This document shows positions 61,615-64,000 of a DNA stretch of 64,000 nucleotides, piece by piece. Under the pieces are notes generated by a model that saw nothing but the letters and a program-made list of their open reading frames with translations, searched no databases and had not been told where the DNA came from. The stretch is from positions 14,766,866 through 14,830,865 of the forward strand of contig NC_068984.1 of NCBI RefSeq assembly GCF_001194135.2, in the 5' to 3' direction. Numbering within the stretch: position 1 is the stretch's first letter; each line of letters starts with the position of its first letter. The DNA comes from Octopus bimaculoides (Eukaryota). Position numbers and translations under genes: made by a program.

Positions 61615-62661
61615 ACAACAAACAAGATGAGGACAAATATCCGTCGAATGTAAATAATGCACATAATTCTTCATCCCTTAAATAGAGAACTGTATGAAAC
61701 TTCCTCATTTACCAAATGCCAAACTATTAAATAAAGATTAATGAAGGTGTAGCAATACCAATTGGCGGTGTCCCAGCATAGCCACGGCTCTCCAGGCGAA
61801 AGAAGTAAAAGAGTAAAGAAGATATCCACCAACAACGAACACACAGAAATTGTAGAACAGAAGAAAAAATGTTACCTTTATATAAGACGACGACACACTG
61901 TTATGTCGACTTTTAGTTCACAACAACGAAGTACTTTTGAATTTATAGTGTATTTACTCTTTATTTAATCTGTCCCCGCAAAGAATAAGCGTTAAGTTTA
62001 TGTTATATTAACATCTCAATATAAACGGAAGGAAATTGCTCTAATTTATTTATTTCTTCTTTTTTTATGTTTAGGAAATGAATTTTCTTGGTTTCGCGTT
62101 CCAAAGAAAATGTGAAAATAATTGCTTGTAGATTTTATGTATAAATTATTGTCCTAGAACTCCTAATCTTTGTTCTAAAACCATGTTTTTAGAATATAAT
62201 TTTGGAAAGTGTGATTTCGTTCTTCTATACTTGTGAATTAAAAGGAACATTAAAGTGTGTATGTGTATATNNNNNNNNNNNNNNNNNNNNNNNNNNNNNN
62301 NNNNNNNNNNNNNNNNNNNNNNNNNNNNNNNNNNNNNNNNNNNNNNNNNNNNNNNNNNNNNNNNNNNNNNNNNNNNNNNNNNNNNTATATATATATATAT
62401 ATATGTATGTATATATATATGAAATATATATATGCGTGTGTATGTGTGTGTGCATGTATGTATGTATGTATGTATTATGTAGGTAGGTAGGTAGGTAGGT
62501 AGGTAGGTAGGTAGGTAAAGCCACACAATCGTATATATTCAGAAAAGTCGTAAGGTAATAAATCTATTGTATTCACGCCAAATTTTATAAAGTCGTTTCC
62601 TAACAATCATCTATCAATTGATTAAGATTTCGTGGTTCCTGAAATTTAATATATATACTTA

Positions 62662-62711
<50 letters not shown>

Positions 62712-62980
62712 CTTGTGTATGCGTGCATCTGTGTCTGTAGAGACACACATACACATACACATACACATACACATATATACTTACATACACACATACATAA
62801 TGTTATGTTACATTACATTTCCATTATATGCCAGAATTTTCATGTATATGACGTATACAGTCTGTCTAAATCTTTTCCTCCAACACCACTGTGGTAAAAA
62901 TAATATCTTCAGAGCTGAACAAGCAGCTGGAAAGAAAGGAGTTTGAGAGATGGGCTGAACAGCTCTTGATCAACAAAACT

Positions 62981-63014
62981 GTGACGTCACAGGGCCGGTG
63001 ACGTCACAGGGCCG
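62981..63014. repeat. Perfect 17-bp tandem duplication, each unit with palindrome GTGACGTCAC (full CRE TGACGTCA)
   Basis: GTGACGTCACAGGGCCG x2. Confidence 0.9.
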
Positions 63015-63086
63015 GCGATGTGAAGGAATTTGGTGACAGGATGCTCGGATGACAAGAGAGTATCTCACTCTGACGCTAGGGCCCCT

Positions 63087-63250
63087 TTTAAATTTCTAGC
63101 AATCATTGGAGCACCTGGACTCGTGACTAATTGTCTGACTATCAATCTTGAATCATAAAACTTGAAAGGACGCGTCTAATCACATTACAGGTACAAGTTA
63201 TCATATGTATTGCAAAGATATGTAAAGCACTCTTGAGGTTCAACGTGTAA
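63087..63250 (+). mobile_element. Degenerate RLE non-LTR 3' fragment related to 28780-29754
   Basis: FKFLAIIGAPGLVTNCLTINLE..LQVQVIICIAKICKALLRFNV* versus FIPVIIGALGYVIHCLNTNLE..LQIQSITGTVKICKTFQKFII. Confidence 0.7.
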
Positions 63251-63345
63251 TAAGGTTTGCATATGCAATAGTATCTAAGCATGTAAACATGTTTACATGT
63301 ACATATACATGTGTATATGCATTCATGTATATTTAGATATGTGTA

Positions 63346-63728
63346 GAGTGGCTATGTGGTAAGAGACTTGCTTCCCAACCACATGGTTCCGGGTTCAGTC
63401 CCACTGCGTGACGCCTTGAGTAAGTGTCTTCTACTATAGCTTTGGGCCGACTAAAGCCTTGTGAATGGATTTAGTAGACAGAAACTGGAAGAAGTTCGTC
63501 GTATGTGTGTGTGTGCGTGTATGTGCGTGTGTGCGTATGCATTTGTGTGTCTGTGTTTGTTCCCCCACCATCGCTTGACAACAGATGTCGGTGTGTTTAT
63601 GTCCCCCACAATTTAGCGGTTCGGCAAAATAGACCAATAGAATAAGTACTGGGTTCGATTTGTTGACTAAAAGTGGTGCTCCAGTATGGCCGCAGTCAAA
63701 TGACTGAAACAAGTAAATGAGTAAAAGA
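63346..63728 (+). mobile_element. SINE family A
   Basis: GAGTGGCTATGTGGTAAG head, GGTTCAGTCCC, CCTTGAGTAAGTGTCTT and tail GACTGAAACAAGTAAA. Confidence 0.9.
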
Positions 63729-63941
63729 AAACAAACAAAAATGAAATACATATATGTGTATGTATGCATGTTTTATCCAAAATGGAAACGAACATTCCAC
63801 TATGTGATCGGCTTGAAAAATTGTCAAGATATTAAGATGTTTTTCTTAACATGAAACCAATGGTACTCTTAATTCACAAATAAAAAAAATTCTATCCACC
63901 AATGCAGTGTTGAGCACTCATTTTCATCGTTCGACATTCAC

Positions 63942-64000
<59 letters not shown>

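Larger units (their letters stand above)
60700..61692 (+). mobile_element. Penelope-like (Penelope/Poseidon-type) element, internally deleted, with 3' pLTR-like end
   Basis: An RT-like FDVLLSKVP piece is followed by VCLPYVKGLSEKI..VFKSNTTLR..CLYSIPSSCGRLYKDET (degenerate GIY-YIG), IRVNEH..SGIADHVW and KIIDREHHWKIRKLKEATH..LLSRP. Confidence 0.88.

Noticed and set aside
136-63769. Long ORFs rich in X, YI/IY, HT/TH, CV/VC, LS/SL
   Set aside because: They are translations of N-gaps and di- or tetranucleotide microsatellites, not proteins.
1-64000. Dispersed near-identical repeats suggesting a CRISPR-like array
   Set aside because: Spacing is irregular, units are 200-450 bp with Pol III boxes and TSDs, and there are no cas genes; they are SINEs.

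Overview
Eukaryotic, AT-rich, repeat-dense draft-assembly sequence with about 21 N-gaps, most of them flanked by microsatellites. The dominant tRNA-derived SINE families match what I recognise as octopus repeats, so an Octopus genome is inferred but not shown. I found no confidently supported host gene, rRNA, true tRNA or CRISPR array; most ORFs in the track are microsatellite or gap artefacts or transposon remnants. The window contains: (i) a stack of four same-orientation, 5'-truncated R4/Dong-type RLE non-LTR retrotransposons at 2.9-7.9 kb, two of the three junctions being (TAA)n runs, plus two pieces of a second RLE family; (ii) RTE-clade LINE remnants, one spanning 39.7-43.3 kb and split by SINEs; (iii) two Penelope-like GIY-YIG remnants and several minimal hammerhead-ribozyme-like motifs, one downstream of a tRNA-like Pol III promoter and two facing each other in a 310-bp palindrome; (iv) a Helitron deletion derivative; (v) Tc1/mariner-type MITEs and a fold-back element; (vi) roughly 30 SINE copies from several modular families, several with clean TSDs. 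Family labels A-D are my own. All alignments and folds were done by eye, so the boundaries of degenerate elements are approximate.
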